IMG/VR virus record: IMGVR_UViG_3300042691_028918
Span: 1,338 to 65,337 of that record
Length of the DNA stretch: 64,000 bases
Source: a virus
Taxonomy: Duplodnaviria; Caudoviricetes
Strand: one strand, 5' to 3'
Position 1 is the stretch's first letter; the number at the start of each line of letters is the position of its first letter. Below, piece by piece: positions 39,513 through 49,203 of the stretch. The notes beneath the pieces are model-generated. The model saw only the letters and a list, made by a program, of their open reading frames with translations. It searched no databases and was not told the origin of the DNA. The translations under genes were made by a program, and so were the position numbers.

Positions 39513-40385
39513 ATGAAAAAAATAAAACATTCAAAATTTAAAAATACAGGATTCATTTTTGAATTGCTTGTAAGGCAGGTTACATCCGAAATACTTTCGT
39601 CCAACAAATCAATAGCAGAAATTATTTTAAAAGAATTTTTTAATTCTAAAAAAGAATTATCAAAGGAATTGAAGTTATATCAATACCTTATAAATGAAAA
39701 GTATAATTCAGAAGCAAAGGCTGAAAAGTTTATTGATACAATATGCGAAGCTAGAAAAAGATTGGATGAAAAAAAATTAATAAAAGAAAAATATTCTTTA
39801 ATTAAAAAAATAAAAGAAAACTATAATATAGATGATTTTATAAAATCACCAATATCAAACTATAAATCGTTGGCATCAATATATAAGATATTTGAAGTTG
39901 TTACAACAAACGAACAATACGATCCAACTGATATAGTAAGTTCTAGATTTACAATTACGGAAAATATAATAAACACATCTATTCAAAATAAAGATGCAAA
40001 AATAAAAGATGCTGTTTTAGAAGAATATAAAAAACAAGATGAAGATTTAAGAGCGGTTTCTTATAAACTGCTTGTAGAATCCTTCAATAACAAATATAAA
40101 AATTTATCATCTGAACAAAAATTATTATTGAAAGAATATATTAATAATATTAATAACACAGGTAAATTAAACGATTTCGTTGCAACCGAAGTTACAAAAT
40201 TATTAGAATCTTTGAAAGAAGTTGGATCTAAAATTTCCGATAAAGTTACAAAGATAAAATTGGCAGAAACAATATCAAATATTAAAAAGATAAAATCTGT
40301 TAAAAAAATAAAAGAACAACATCTATCAGCCATGATGATGACATATGAACTATTAACCGAATTAAAAAATAGTTTAAATAAGTGA
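39513..40385 (+). CDS. Hypothetical helical head-module protein
   Basis: Lys/Glu-rich ORF between portal and protease ('KHSKFKNTGFIFELLVR'). Preceded by TATTTATA at 39484-39491. Confidence 0.6.
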   Translation: MKKIKHSKFKNTGFIFELLVRQVTSEILSSNKSIAEIILKEFFNSKKELSKELKLYQYLINEKYNSEAKAEKFIDTICEARKRLDEKKLIKEKYSLIKKIKENYNIDDFIKSPISNYKSLASIYKIFEVVTTNEQYDPTDIVSSRFTITENIINTSIQNKDAKIKDAVLEEYKKQDEDLRAVSYKLLVESFNNKYKNLSSEQKLLLKEYINNINNTGKLNDFVATEVTKLLESLKEVGSKISDKVTKIKLAETISNIKKIKSVKKIKEQHLSAMMMTYELLTELKNSLNK

Positions 40386-40813
40386 AAAATATAGATATCA
40401 ATAGTATAAAAGAAATCATAAGACAAATCATCAGAGAAAAGATGATTGATGAAATGAATAGTACTGCGAATGCACAGGGGTATAATACACCAAAAGCATT
40501 TGGTAAGCCTGGAAATGAAAAAAAGAAAGGAAAAAGATTAGCAGATTTAACCGGATATTCGGTTGTTAGTGAAAATCGTTGGCTAGAGTTAAAAAGAGAT
40601 GAATCAACCGCACAGGCAAAAATAGGTAGAGGAATTTCCAATATCAACAAACAATTAAAAGAAATGGAAAGGTTTCTTAATTGGTATGGTAAGATTAAAA
40701 ACGAAAGTGGTGTAGATAACAAATCTTATTGGAAAAGAACAAATAATCATATTTATGCTATAAAAGAAAGATTATTAAAATTAGACCAAAAAATAAGACA
40801 AATATCCGAATAA
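40382..40813 (+). CDS. Hypothetical head-module protein
   Basis: 143 aa. N-terminal 'IKEIIRQIIRE...IDE', then 'YNTPKAF'. Confidence 0.6.
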   Translation: MKNIDINSIKEIIRQIIREKMIDEMNSTANAQGYNTPKAFGKPGNEKKKGKRLADLTGYSVVSENRWLELKRDESTAQAKIGRGISNINKQLKEMERFLNWYGKIKNESGVDNKSYWKRTNNHIYAIKERLLKLDQKIRQISE

Positions 40814-40814
40814 A

Positions 40815-41117
40815 ATGAATATAAATCAATTAAAAGAACTTATTAAGGAAGTCATTAAAGAGGAGCAAGATTATCAACAATTATTTAAAACTATGTTAGA
40901 TAAAAGTGGTAAATCTATAGAATCCATGTCCGATGAGGAAAAAAAGAAATTTTTCAATGCAGTTGATAAGGCATATAAAGCAAAGCAAGAGGGAAAGTTG
41001 AGAGGATATAATGAATTGACTGATAAGCAAAAACAAATTGATGTTGATAAGGATGGTGAAATTGAAGGATCAGACTTAGCAACATTGAGAGCAAAAAACG
41101 AAGAAAAAAAAAAGTAA
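40815..41117 (+). CDS. Small head-module protein with EF-hand-like loop, ending in a slippery A-run
   Basis: 'DVDKDGEIEGSDL' fits DxDxDGxIxxxD. The ORF ends GAA AAA AAA AAG TAA. Confidence 0.65.
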   Translation: MNINQLKELIKEVIKEEQDYQQLFKTMLDKSGKSIESMSDEEKKKFFNAVDKAYKAKQEGKLRGYNELTDKQKQIDVDKDGEIEGSDLATLRAKNEEKKK

Positions 41118-41527
41118 ATGAGAACTTTGCCGTAGGATTATTATCCGTTTTGGGTAGTATCATTATTGGTAAAGTTGTTTTTTATTATTTATATGATTTA
41201 GTTAGAAGGGGAATGAGTTATTTCTCCGGAAAACCAAATTACAAAGATGCGGTTAAAAAAGTTTTAGATTCAATGGCAAACAATAAAAGAGTTGCGGATG
41301 ATATATCTAAAATAATTGACCCAGAAAGAGGAATGGATAATGGAACGACTGATAAAATTGTGAAGATGGGGTACGTTCAAAATAGTATTCAAAAAGTTAT
41401 AGATAAAAATAAAGATGGATTGGATAAGACGGAATTGGAAAATCAATTAAAAATTATAATTTCCAAGTCTTGGGATGATTTAGGTGATAAGGCGGTAGAT
41501 AAAGTAAAAAATGATTTAAAAAAATGA
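41114..41527 (+). CDS. Hydrophobic-helix protein, probably the -1 frameshift extension of 40815-41117
   Basis: The frame is open from the A-run (VNENFAVGLLSVLGSIIIGK...). There is no ATG before the weak TTG at 41150. Confidence 0.55.
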   Translation, partial: VNENFAVGLLSVLGSIIIGKVVFYYLYDLVRRGMSYFSGKPNYKDAVKKVLDSMANNKRVADDISKIIDPERGMDNGTTDKIVKMGYVQNSIQKVIDKNKDGLDKTELENQLKIIISKSWDDLGDKAVDKVKNDLKK

Positions 41528-42114
41528 ATAAGAATCTTCTGATAGAAACACACCTTTTTGAAGCAAAGCTTGTAAAAGAAGAGAATGGAACTTATTTAGT
41601 TTCTGGTATCTTACAAAGAGCCGGTGCTCCAAATCAAAATAATAGAAGATATCCAAAAGAAATTCTTGAAAGAGAGTGTAAAAAGTATAATCAACTAATT
41701 AAAGAAAGAAGAGCATTGGGTGAATTGGATCATCCAGATTCCCCAGTAATAAATTTAAAAAACGTATCACACAATATCAGAGAAATTTGGTGGGAGGGTG
41801 ATGATGTTATGGGAAAAGTTGAAATATTATCAACACCATCCGGCAATATCCTAAAAGAACTATTAAAGAATAATATTCGTTTGGGAATTTCATCAAGAGG
41901 ATTGGGTTCTGTAAAAGAACTTAATGATGGAACTGTTATGGTACAAGAAGATTTTGAATTGGTAGGGTGGGATTTTGTTTCAAACCCATCAACACATGGA
42001 GCATTTATGGCACCATTACAGGAGAGTAAGCAGTGGGCAAAAATAGCAGAAGAATGTGGAAAATGGTGTAGAGCACAAGACCTTATGAGAGAAATTATAA
42101 TTGAATTAAATTAA
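41524..42114 (+). CDS. gp21: Prohead core protease (T4 gp21-like)
   Basis: 'NQNNRRYP', 'ALGELDHP', 'VSH', 'LGISSRGLGS' and 'DFVSNPSTHGA'. Confidence 0.95.
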   Translation: MNKNLLIETHLFEAKLVKEENGTYLVSGILQRAGAPNQNNRRYPKEILERECKKYNQLIKERRALGELDHPDSPVINLKNVSHNIREIWWEGDDVMGKVEILSTPSGNILKELLKNNIRLGISSRGLGSVKELNDGTVMVQEDFELVGWDFVSNPSTHGAFMAPLQESKQWAKIAEECGKWCRAQDLMREIIIELN

Positions 42115-42119
42115 TATAA

Positions 42120-42650
42120 ATGGCAAAGTTAGTAAATTTTATACCTGGTAGACAAATCCAAAAAGAAGCATTGGATGATATGGATGCTCCATTACCGGCC
42201 CAAATGGAACGGTTTTTGGATAGAGCCATAAGAGTAATTAGAGGATATAATTTATCTAGAAAAAAAGAACAATTTGTGATAGCAAAGATTATTGATGCAT
42301 TGGGATTAAGCCCGGCTGAATTATCGCAAGCAGTTCAAAAATTGAAAAAAAATAAAGTAGTAAGTAGATTAAATGAAGCTTCTGATATGGATATTTCATC
42401 GTTGGTTAAAAAAATAGAAAAACATACCGATAGAAATGCACATACCGATGCAGTAATTGAATTGGCAAAGTTTTTAAAACAAAAAAAGTTTGAAAATATT
42501 TTAAATTCAATTATGGATATTCATCTTGAAATGGGTAGTATGCCAGCAGAACTTTCAAAATTAAGAGGACAAATATTGGATGAACTTATGAAGATGGTAA
42601 GAAATAAGTACGGAAACGATATTTATAAACAAATAAATTCGGTATACTAA
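42120..42650 (+). CDS. Hypothetical head-module protein
   Basis: 176-aa helical ORF with two segments separated by 'RLNEA'. Confidence 0.55.
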   Translation: MAKLVNFIPGRQIQKEALDDMDAPLPAQMERFLDRAIRVIRGYNLSRKKEQFVIAKIIDALGLSPAELSQAVQKLKKNKVVSRLNEASDMDISSLVKKIEKHTDRNAHTDAVIELAKFLKQKKFENILNSIMDIHLEMGSMPAELSKLRGQILDELMKMVRNKYGNDIYKQINSVY

Positions 42651-43180
42651 TGATAAAATTAAAACATATATTAAGAGAAACTGAAGAGTTTCAACAATTA
42701 CCATCGGAAGTTAAAAAACACTTTTTAGAAATAATTTCAACGTATGGTCAGCATAGAGAAAGTATGCAAAGAAAATCTGATATTAGACAGATTGCAGAAA
42801 CTTTGGGAGCAATTGCAGATGCCGCACAAGAATACACTTTAAGAGAAGGCGGTGATTGGTTTGATAGAGTGACCATTAAGAGAAATATGAATGAACTTAA
42901 AAAATTACAATCTGCATTCGAAAAGGAATCGGTAGAAGCAAAAGCACAAGAACAAAGATTGGAAGCTCTTTACGAAGATATGGGGCATGTGTTAGGTAGA
43001 TACTTTGAAATAGCAGAAATAACTGAAGAGCAAATGCACCAAAGATTGGGATTACAGGAAAAAGCACCTGAAGGGTGGGAAAAAACAGTAAAGGCAATGA
43101 AAGATGAGCCAGAAGTAGATAACCCATGGGCATTGGCACATTGGATGAAAGGACAAGGATATAAATCTCACAAAAAATAA
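42650..43180 (+). CDS. Hypothetical head-module protein
   Basis: N-terminal 'MIKLKHILRE', a coiled coil, and a C-terminal micro-module after 'LQE' ('KAPEGWEKTVKAMK...DNPWALAHWMK'). Confidence 0.6.
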   Translation: MIKLKHILRETEEFQQLPSEVKKHFLEIISTYGQHRESMQRKSDIRQIAETLGAIADAAQEYTLREGGDWFDRVTIKRNMNELKKLQSAFEKESVEAKAQEQRLEALYEDMGHVLGRYFEIAEITEEQMHQRLGLQEKAPEGWEKTVKAMKDEPEVDNPWALAHWMKGQGYKSHKK

Positions 43181-43182
43181 TT

Positions 43183-43554
43183 ATGGAACAATTAGCATCA
43201 CTTTTATTACATAGTAGAACACAGGCACACACATTTCATTTAGGTGTGAAGGGTGTAGGTGCATTATCTGCACATTTGGCATTAGGTCACTACTATGATA
43301 CAATTGGTGGTATGGTTGATGGGTTAGTAGAGGTTTATCAAGGTAAAGAAGGATTGATTAAATTACAACCTATAAGTGGGTTGGATACAAATTGTGATAT
43401 AAAAAATATCATTTCATATTTTGATAAACTATGCAAAATTGTTGCAAAGTTACGTCAGGATGAAAAACTACAAGATAGTTGGATTCAGAATGATATTGAT
43501 ACGGTAGTTTCGTTACTTTATTCTACAAAGTACAAACTAACCTATCTTCAATAA
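43183..43554 (+). CDS. Ferritin/Dps-like four-helix-bundle protein (DUF5856-like)
   Basis: 'QAHTFHL...AHLALGHYYD...DGLVEVYQGK...IQNDID...STKYKL'. Confidence 0.65.
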   Translation: MEQLASLLLHSRTQAHTFHLGVKGVGALSAHLALGHYYDTIGGMVDGLVEVYQGKEGLIKLQPISGLDTNCDIKNIISYFDKLCKIVAKLRQDEKLQDSWIQNDIDTVVSLLYSTKYKLTYLQ

Positions 43555-43826
43555 TGCCCCTATCAGAAAAGCAATCTAGTTTTATATCTAATAATTGGAG
43601 TATCATTGTAGGTATTCTCACAGTAGCATTTGCTGCGGGTGGTATATTTAGCGAATTTCGTTTGATGCATAAGGAAATTGATGAAATAAAAAAAGAAACC
43701 GATTCAAAGGTGCAACAAATTATAGAAGAAAGAGAAAGAAAGAATAATTGGTTACAAGAACAAGAAGAAAGAATTGATGAATTAGAAGAGTGGAAATCAT
43801 TTGAAGATGGCAGAAAATCAAAATAA
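43554..43826 (+). CDS. Small single-TM protein with coiled coil
   Basis: 'WSIIVGILTVAFAAGGIF' followed by a charged coiled coil. Confidence 0.55.
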   Translation: MPLSEKQSSFISNNWSIIVGILTVAFAAGGIFSEFRLMHKEIDEIKKETDSKVQQIIEERERKNNWLQEQEERIDELEEWKSFEDGRKSK

Positions 43827-44030
43827 TTTCTAAAAATTAGTATTTTCTTTAGTTTTCTAAAAAATTTTTATATATATTATCAAATATCCCATTACATATG
43901 GGATTTCTACATTTAGACATAGTTGATTAATGAATACCCTTCTCTTATAAGGTGTGACCGAACAATCAGCATAATTACATTGGAGTTTCCTACGAAATAA
44001 CTTCACTAACAAAATTAAGGAGAAAACAAA

Positions 44031-45242
44031 ATGGCAAATTCAAAATTGTTAAAAGAAGCAATTGCCGATGCTAAAGCCGTAAAAGAAACCGCATTAGCAA
44101 ACGCAAAACTCGCTCTTGAAGAAGCATTCACTCCAAGACTTCAATCTATCTTATCTCAAAAATTGAGAGCAGAAGCTGAAGAAGAAAAGGATAATGAAGC
44201 TAAACCAGTAGACGAGGAATTGGATTCTACAGGCATTGGTTCTTCTACTTCTAATCCTAAATTAGATGCTCATACTGAATTTGAGGCTGGCTCTACTGAA
44301 ACATCTTCCGCTGCACCAGGTGCAGAAGTTGATGATTACAAAAAGGTAGCAGACATCAACGAAGAAGAAGGTATGGAAATGGGTGATGACGAAGCTGAAA
44401 AGCAAAACGAAATCGCACAATTAAAAGCTAGATTAGCAGAATTAGAAGCTGGAGAAGGTGATGATGAAGAAAATCCAATGGGAATGGATGATATGGGTTC
44501 AGAAGATGAATTCAATTTCGATTCCGAAGAAGGTGGTGGTGAAGAATTCGATGCATTGGGTTCCGAAGAAGGTTCGGATGAAGATGACTTGGATTTGGAA
44601 GCTATTATCAGAGAACTTGAAGCACAATTAGGTGATGAAGAAGGTTCTGAAGAAGTACCTGCAGAAGAAGATCCAATGGCTGAGAATTTAGCAGATGGTT
44701 CAGAAGCTGGTACTGATAAAGGTGAAGATCCTAAAGTGGTTGTAACCAACGAAGAAGAAATGAAAGATGACGAAGAGAAAAACGAAGTTATCGATTTAGA
44801 AGAAATTCTTCGTGAAATGGAAGCAGATATGAAAGGTGATGAAGAAGAAATGAAAGATGAAGCTATTAAAGCTGAATTGAATGAAGCTTACAAAACCATC
44901 AAATCTCTTCAAAAAACAATCAACGAAGTGAACTTATTGAACGCTAAGTTGTTGTTTGCAAACAAATTATTCAGAGCTCATAACATGACCAACGAACAGA
45001 AGGTTAAAGTTATCGAAACTTTGGATAGAACAAAATCAGTTAGAGAAGTTAAATTGGTATACTCTACATTAGCAGAGAATTTCAAATACTCTACTTCTAA
45101 CAAATCTACTAAAAAATCTATTTCCGAAGGAATCGCTAGTAAAGTGGTTAAATCAACCGCTCCTAAAGCAGCTAAGCAAGTAATTGCAGAATCTGCAGAT
45201 TTCGCAGACAGATTTAGAAAGTTGGCAGGTATTATTAAGTAA
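44031..45242 (+). CDS. Prohead core scaffolding protein (gp22-like)
   Basis: Very acidic, with coiled coils. Lies between protease and MCP. C-terminal 'RFRKLAGI'. Preceded by AAGGAG. Confidence 0.8.
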   Translation: MANSKLLKEAIADAKAVKETALANAKLALEEAFTPRLQSILSQKLRAEAEEEKDNEAKPVDEELDSTGIGSSTSNPKLDAHTEFEAGSTETSSAAPGAEVDDYKKVADINEEEGMEMGDDEAEKQNEIAQLKARLAELEAGEGDDEENPMGMDDMGSEDEFNFDSEEGGGEEFDALGSEEGSDEDDLDLEAIIRELEAQLGDEEGSEEVPAEEDPMAENLADGSEAGTDKGEDPKVVVTNEEEMKDDEEKNEVIDLEEILREMEADMKGDEEEMKDEAIKAELNEAYKTIKSLQKTINEVNLLNAKLLFANKLFRAHNMTNEQKVKVIETLDRTKSVREVKLVYSTLAENFKYSTSNKSTKKSISEGIASKVVKSTAPKAAKQVIAESADFADRFRKLAGIIK

Positions 45243-45270
45243 TTAACAAAATAATTAAAAATTAATTAAA

Positions 45271-46878
45271 ATGGATTTAAAACAAATTATGCAAGGGAAA
45301 AACCCACAAAACATAATGCTTGAGCAAACCAGAGGTTTGAAAAGCAAGTGGGAAAAAACAGGATTACTCGAAGGAGTTGGTTCTGAAACGCAAAAGCATG
45401 GTATGGCAGTAATGCTTGAAAACCAGGCAAAGCAATTACTTGATGAAGCTACTAGAACAGGTACTTCAGCAGGTTCAGAAGAGTGGGCAGGTGTAGCTCT
45501 TCCATTGGTTAGACGTATCTTTGGTTCAATCGCAGCTAAAGAGTTCGTTTCTGTACAACCAATGAACTTACCATCAGGTCTTATTTTCTATATGGATTTC
45601 AAATATGGTACTAACACTACATTAGGTAGACCAGCTTCTGGTTCTTCTATGTTCGGTAACGGTGGCGGATTTGGTAAAGATAATTTAGCTCCTTCTGGAA
45701 ACAAACTTGGTTCTACTCAAGAAACTGAAGGTGGTCTTTACGGTGCAGGTAGATTCGGATATACAATCAACGATACTACTGCAACAGTAACCGCAACTGT
45801 AACTACAGCTTCTTGGTCTGATGTAAATTTTGATAATGATTTATCAGCATCTATTGCATCTGCTAATTCAAGAGTAATGAAAGTTAAAGTTGGTTTACCA
45901 GCTGATGCTGATTGGCAAGGTGTTAGAGCATTCAAAATTTCAGGTTCTGCAACTACAACGTTGTTCCCAGAATATACTATCGTTGATAGTTATGGTTCTG
46001 CATCATTCGTACTTTCTGGATCTGCAGTTACCGATACAAACGTTGCAACGCAAGTATTGACTTATCATTTACAACCAACAGATTACAACAGAGGTGATTT
46101 CGAAGATAAAGGTTCTGACCTTCCAATTCCTGAAATCGAACTTGAATTGAAATCTGAACCAATCGTTGCAAAAACTCGTAAGTTAAAGGCTATCTGGACT
46201 CCAGAATTGGCACAAGACTTGAACGCATACCATTCAGTAGATGCGGAAGCTGAATTAACTCAAATGCTTTCTGAATATATCTCTCTTGAGATTGATTTGG
46301 AAATCCTTGAAATGCTTCAGCAAAATGCATTCACTACTGATTACTGGTCTGCAAGAGTTGGATATGATTGGAACGGTTCTGGTTTCGCAATCGATGCAAA
46401 CGCAGCAGCAGCATCTGCTTACACAAAGAGCACTTGGTATCAAACTTTGGGTATCAAATTGCAGAAAGTTTCTAACAAAATTCACCAATTGACTATGAGA
46501 GGTGGTGCAAACTTCTTGGTTGTATCTCCAAACGTAGCAACAATTCTTGAATCTATGAACGGATTCTCTGCAAACCCAGGTAAAGATGCTTTACAGTTCG
46601 CAGCAGGTGTTACTAACATTGGTTCAATCTCTAACAGATATGATGTGTATAAGAATCCTTATATGACTGAAAACGTAATCTTGTTAGGTTTCAAAGGTTC
46701 TAACTTCTTCGAAACAGGAGCAGTTTACGCACCTTATGTACCATTGATTATGACTCCGTTAGTTTATGACCCAACCAACTTCACTCCAAGAAGAGGTGTG
46801 ATGACTAGATACGCTAAGAAAATCGTAAGACCAGAGTTTTACGGTAAGATTATCGTTGAAGGTTTACACTCTCTCTAA
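45271..46878 (+). CDS. gp23: Major capsid protein (T4 gp23-like)
   Basis: 'KWEKTGLLEG...MLENQ', 'VSVQPMNLPSGLIF', 'AKTRKLKAIWTPELAQDLNAYHSVDAEAEL', 'YAPYVPL' and 'GVMTRYA'. Confidence 0.97.
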   Translation: MDLKQIMQGKNPQNIMLEQTRGLKSKWEKTGLLEGVGSETQKHGMAVMLENQAKQLLDEATRTGTSAGSEEWAGVALPLVRRIFGSIAAKEFVSVQPMNLPSGLIFYMDFKYGTNTTLGRPASGSSMFGNGGGFGKDNLAPSGNKLGSTQETEGGLYGAGRFGYTINDTTATVTATVTTASWSDVNFDNDLSASIASANSRVMKVKVGLPADADWQGVRAFKISGSATTTLFPEYTIVDSYGSASFVLSGSAVTDTNVATQVLTYHLQPTDYNRGDFEDKGSDLPIPEIELELKSEPIVAKTRKLKAIWTPELAQDLNAYHSVDAEAELTQMLSEYISLEIDLEILEMLQQNAFTTDYWSARVGYDWNGSGFAIDANAAAASAYTKSTWYQTLGIKLQKVSNKIHQLTMRGGANFLVVSPNVATILESMNGFSANPGKDALQFAAGVTNIGSISNRYDVYKNPYMTENVILLGFKGSNFFETGAVYAPYVPLIMTPLVYDPTNFTPRRGVMTRYAKKIVRPEFYGKIIVEGLHSL

Positions 46879-46920
46879 TCTTTGAGAAGATTGGATAAGT
46901 AATAAACTTACAATAAACTA

Positions 46921-46949
46921 AAAGGGGGAAGTATTTACTTCCCCTTTTT
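46921..46949 (+). terminator. Intrinsic terminator after major capsid gene
   Basis: Inverted repeat GGGGAAGTA / TACTTCCCC followed by a T-run and preceded by an A-run. Confidence 0.85.
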
Positions 46950-46981
46950 ATTTTATATTGATATTTATTTAAAAAGATAGA

Positions 46982-47926
46982 ATGCCAAATCCCGGAGATA
47001 TTATAATATTTAAAGCGTGGGAACTTAATAAATCAACTGTATTAGATAGTTCCGATGTACTTGTCAAAAAAAATGACGGGGATTTTGGTTATGTAAATAT
47101 GTTGGATGTTGTAAATACAACTGCAACAACAGGTTCAATCTATATGACAGGAAGTATAGAAACCGTTGACCACATTGATTTTTCTTTAACAGCAACACCA
47201 CCACACAAAGAGGGTAGAATACATTGGGATGCTGATAGAAAAACTTTAGAAATTGATACGGAGATAAATAATTTTATGATTTCCGCAGGACACGTTAATG
47301 TTGTTCGTGGAAAAAATACTACAACAGGAACGTTAACAAAAGGAACGGTTGTTTATATAACAGGCAATTCCGGTCAATTCGCAACATTTGGAACTGCAAG
47401 TTGGGATAGTGAAACAAGGTCTGCAATTACATTTGGAATACTTCCACAAGATATAGCACAAAATAATAGTGGGTATGCTGTAACTTTAGGAGAAGTAACG
47501 GGCATAAACACAAATGGGTTTACACCGGGTACTTTATTATATTTAGGAGCAAACGGTACATATACGGCAACAAAACCACAAGCACCTTTACACCAAGTTC
47601 GTTTAGGGCAAGTTGTTGTAGCATCTACAAATGGTATCCTACAAGTAAAAATCGATAACGGCTGGGAATTGGATGAATTGCACGACGTTAGAATTAATAC
47701 AGGTTCACTAAAAGATGCCGAAACAAATAATGGTGGAAGTACCTTATATCGCACAGGTTCATTGTGGAAAAATAACGATGAAGTCCGATTAGTACAATCT
47801 ACTATGATACTTGCAACGGTTTCCCAATCATTAAATTTTGCAGATGATAATTCCGCAGCATTAGGAGGTGTTCCAGCCGGAGGATTGTATCATACAAATG
47901 GTACAATCAAAATTAGATTAGTTTAG
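46982..47926 (+). CDS. Virion decoration/fibre-like protein
   Basis: 'KNTTTGTLTKGTVVYI...GYAVTLGEVTGINT...GTLLYL...YTATKP' is a capsid-cement/fibre-type module. C-terminal 'FADDNSAALGGVPAGGLYH'. Confidence 0.55.
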   Translation: MPNPGDIIIFKAWELNKSTVLDSSDVLVKKNDGDFGYVNMLDVVNTTATTGSIYMTGSIETVDHIDFSLTATPPHKEGRIHWDADRKTLEIDTEINNFMISAGHVNVVRGKNTTTGTLTKGTVVYITGNSGQFATFGTASWDSETRSAITFGILPQDIAQNNSGYAVTLGEVTGINTNGFTPGTLLYLGANGTYTATKPQAPLHQVRLGQVVVASTNGILQVKIDNGWELDELHDVRINTGSLKDAETNNGGSTLYRTGSLWKNNDEVRLVQSTMILATVSQSLNFADDNSAALGGVPAGGLYHTNGTIKIRLV

Positions 47927-47993
47927 TAAAAAATTTACCCCTATTTTTTATTCTTATATTTATAGTAGTATAACTCTATAAAATAAAATAATA

Positions 47994-49202
47994 ATGTCTG
48001 TAAATACGTATTGGTCAGGCTCAACCGCAAGTGCATTTTTAATAGCATCGGCATCCGGTGAGGCAACTCCATTTGGAATATATGATAATGATTCCGATTT
48101 TAAATCCGATGCACCGAAAACAGCAGTTTGGGTTGCAAAAAGATTAGGATATCCAATTATTAATATAGAATTGGATAATCCACAAATATGGGCATGTTTT
48201 GAAGAAGCAACCTCTGAATATTCTGCACAAATAAATCAATTCAATTTAAGAAATAACCTCGATATATTGAGAGGTCAACCGAAAGGAAAAGTTTCAAGTT
48301 ATTCACAAACATTGGTTGATGGTTCATTTTTACCAACTGCAATCCGTATGTCACAACAATACGGAACACTTGCAGGAGTTGGAGGAACGACTAGAATAAA
48401 GAGGGCATATGTAAATTTAACATCTTCGGTACAAACTTATGGTTTGATGCAAGCGGCCATCGATGTTGAAAGTTCACAATCATTTCAAAGTTTATATACG
48501 GGCAGCTCAACTATTGATGTTGTTCGTGTTTATCACGAAGCAGTTCCGGCAATTACAAGATTTTTTGACCCATATTCGGTGGGTGCACAGGGAACTTTGA
48601 ATTTAATGAGCGAATTGGGATTTGGTAATTATTCACCGGCCGCACAATTTTTAATGATGCCTATATATGAGGATTTATTAAGAATGCAGCATATTGAATT
48701 TAATGATACTATTAGAAAATCTGCGCACACATTTAACATTGTAGATAATCATTTAGAAATATTTCCTGTTCCAACGGCAAGGGGCCCGCAAAAAATATAC
48801 TTTGATTATATGAGTAGGGATGAATTTGAGCATGATTCGCAAACGATTCAGGCAGATTCCCTTTCCGATTATTCTGATATACCATATGATTTTATCCAAT
48901 ATTCAAACATAAATGATGTTGGTAAGCAATGGATAAGGAAATATACTTTAGCATTGGCAAAAGAACTATTGGGAGCAATTAGAGAAAAATATAATTCAGT
49001 TCCAATTCCAGATGGTGAGGTAACATTGGATGGTGCAGCATTAAGAGCAGAGGCACAAGTTGAAAAAGATGCATTGATAACTCAATTGAGAGAAAATTTG
49101 GAAGAATTGAGTAGAAAAAATGTAATGGAAAATAAAGCACATGAGGCGGATCACCATCAACAAATGTTACAAAAAGTACCTTTAAAAATATATGTAGGAT
49201 AA
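47994..49202 (+). CDS. Neck/head-tail adaptor (gp13-like)
   Basis: 'RLGYPIINIELD..QI' and 'WIRKYTLALAKELLG.IR.KY...P.G.VTLDG..L..EA' match gp13-like proteins. Confidence 0.8.
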   Translation: MSVNTYWSGSTASAFLIASASGEATPFGIYDNDSDFKSDAPKTAVWVAKRLGYPIINIELDNPQIWACFEEATSEYSAQINQFNLRNNLDILRGQPKGKVSSYSQTLVDGSFLPTAIRMSQQYGTLAGVGGTTRIKRAYVNLTSSVQTYGLMQAAIDVESSQSFQSLYTGSSTIDVVRVYHEAVPAITRFFDPYSVGAQGTLNLMSELGFGNYSPAAQFLMMPIYEDLLRMQHIEFNDTIRKSAHTFNIVDNHLEIFPVPTARGPQKIYFDYMSRDEFEHDSQTIQADSLSDYSDIPYDFIQYSNINDVGKQWIRKYTLALAKELLGAIREKYNSVPIPDGEVTLDGAALRAEAQVEKDALITQLRENLEELSRKNVMENKAHEADHHQQMLQKVPLKIYVG

Positions 49203-49203
49203 T

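Noticed and set aside
41118-41135. ATG immediately after the stop at 41117 as the start of the downstream gene
   Set aside because: It is in the upstream frame and closes after five codons (ATG AGA ACT TTG CCG TAG), so it cannot start the 41150-41527 frame.
34920-46878. Inteins, introns or homing endonucleases in TerL, portal or MCP
   Set aside because: The ORFs are uninterrupted and of ordinary length, with no splice-junction, LAGLIDADG or HNH motifs recognised.
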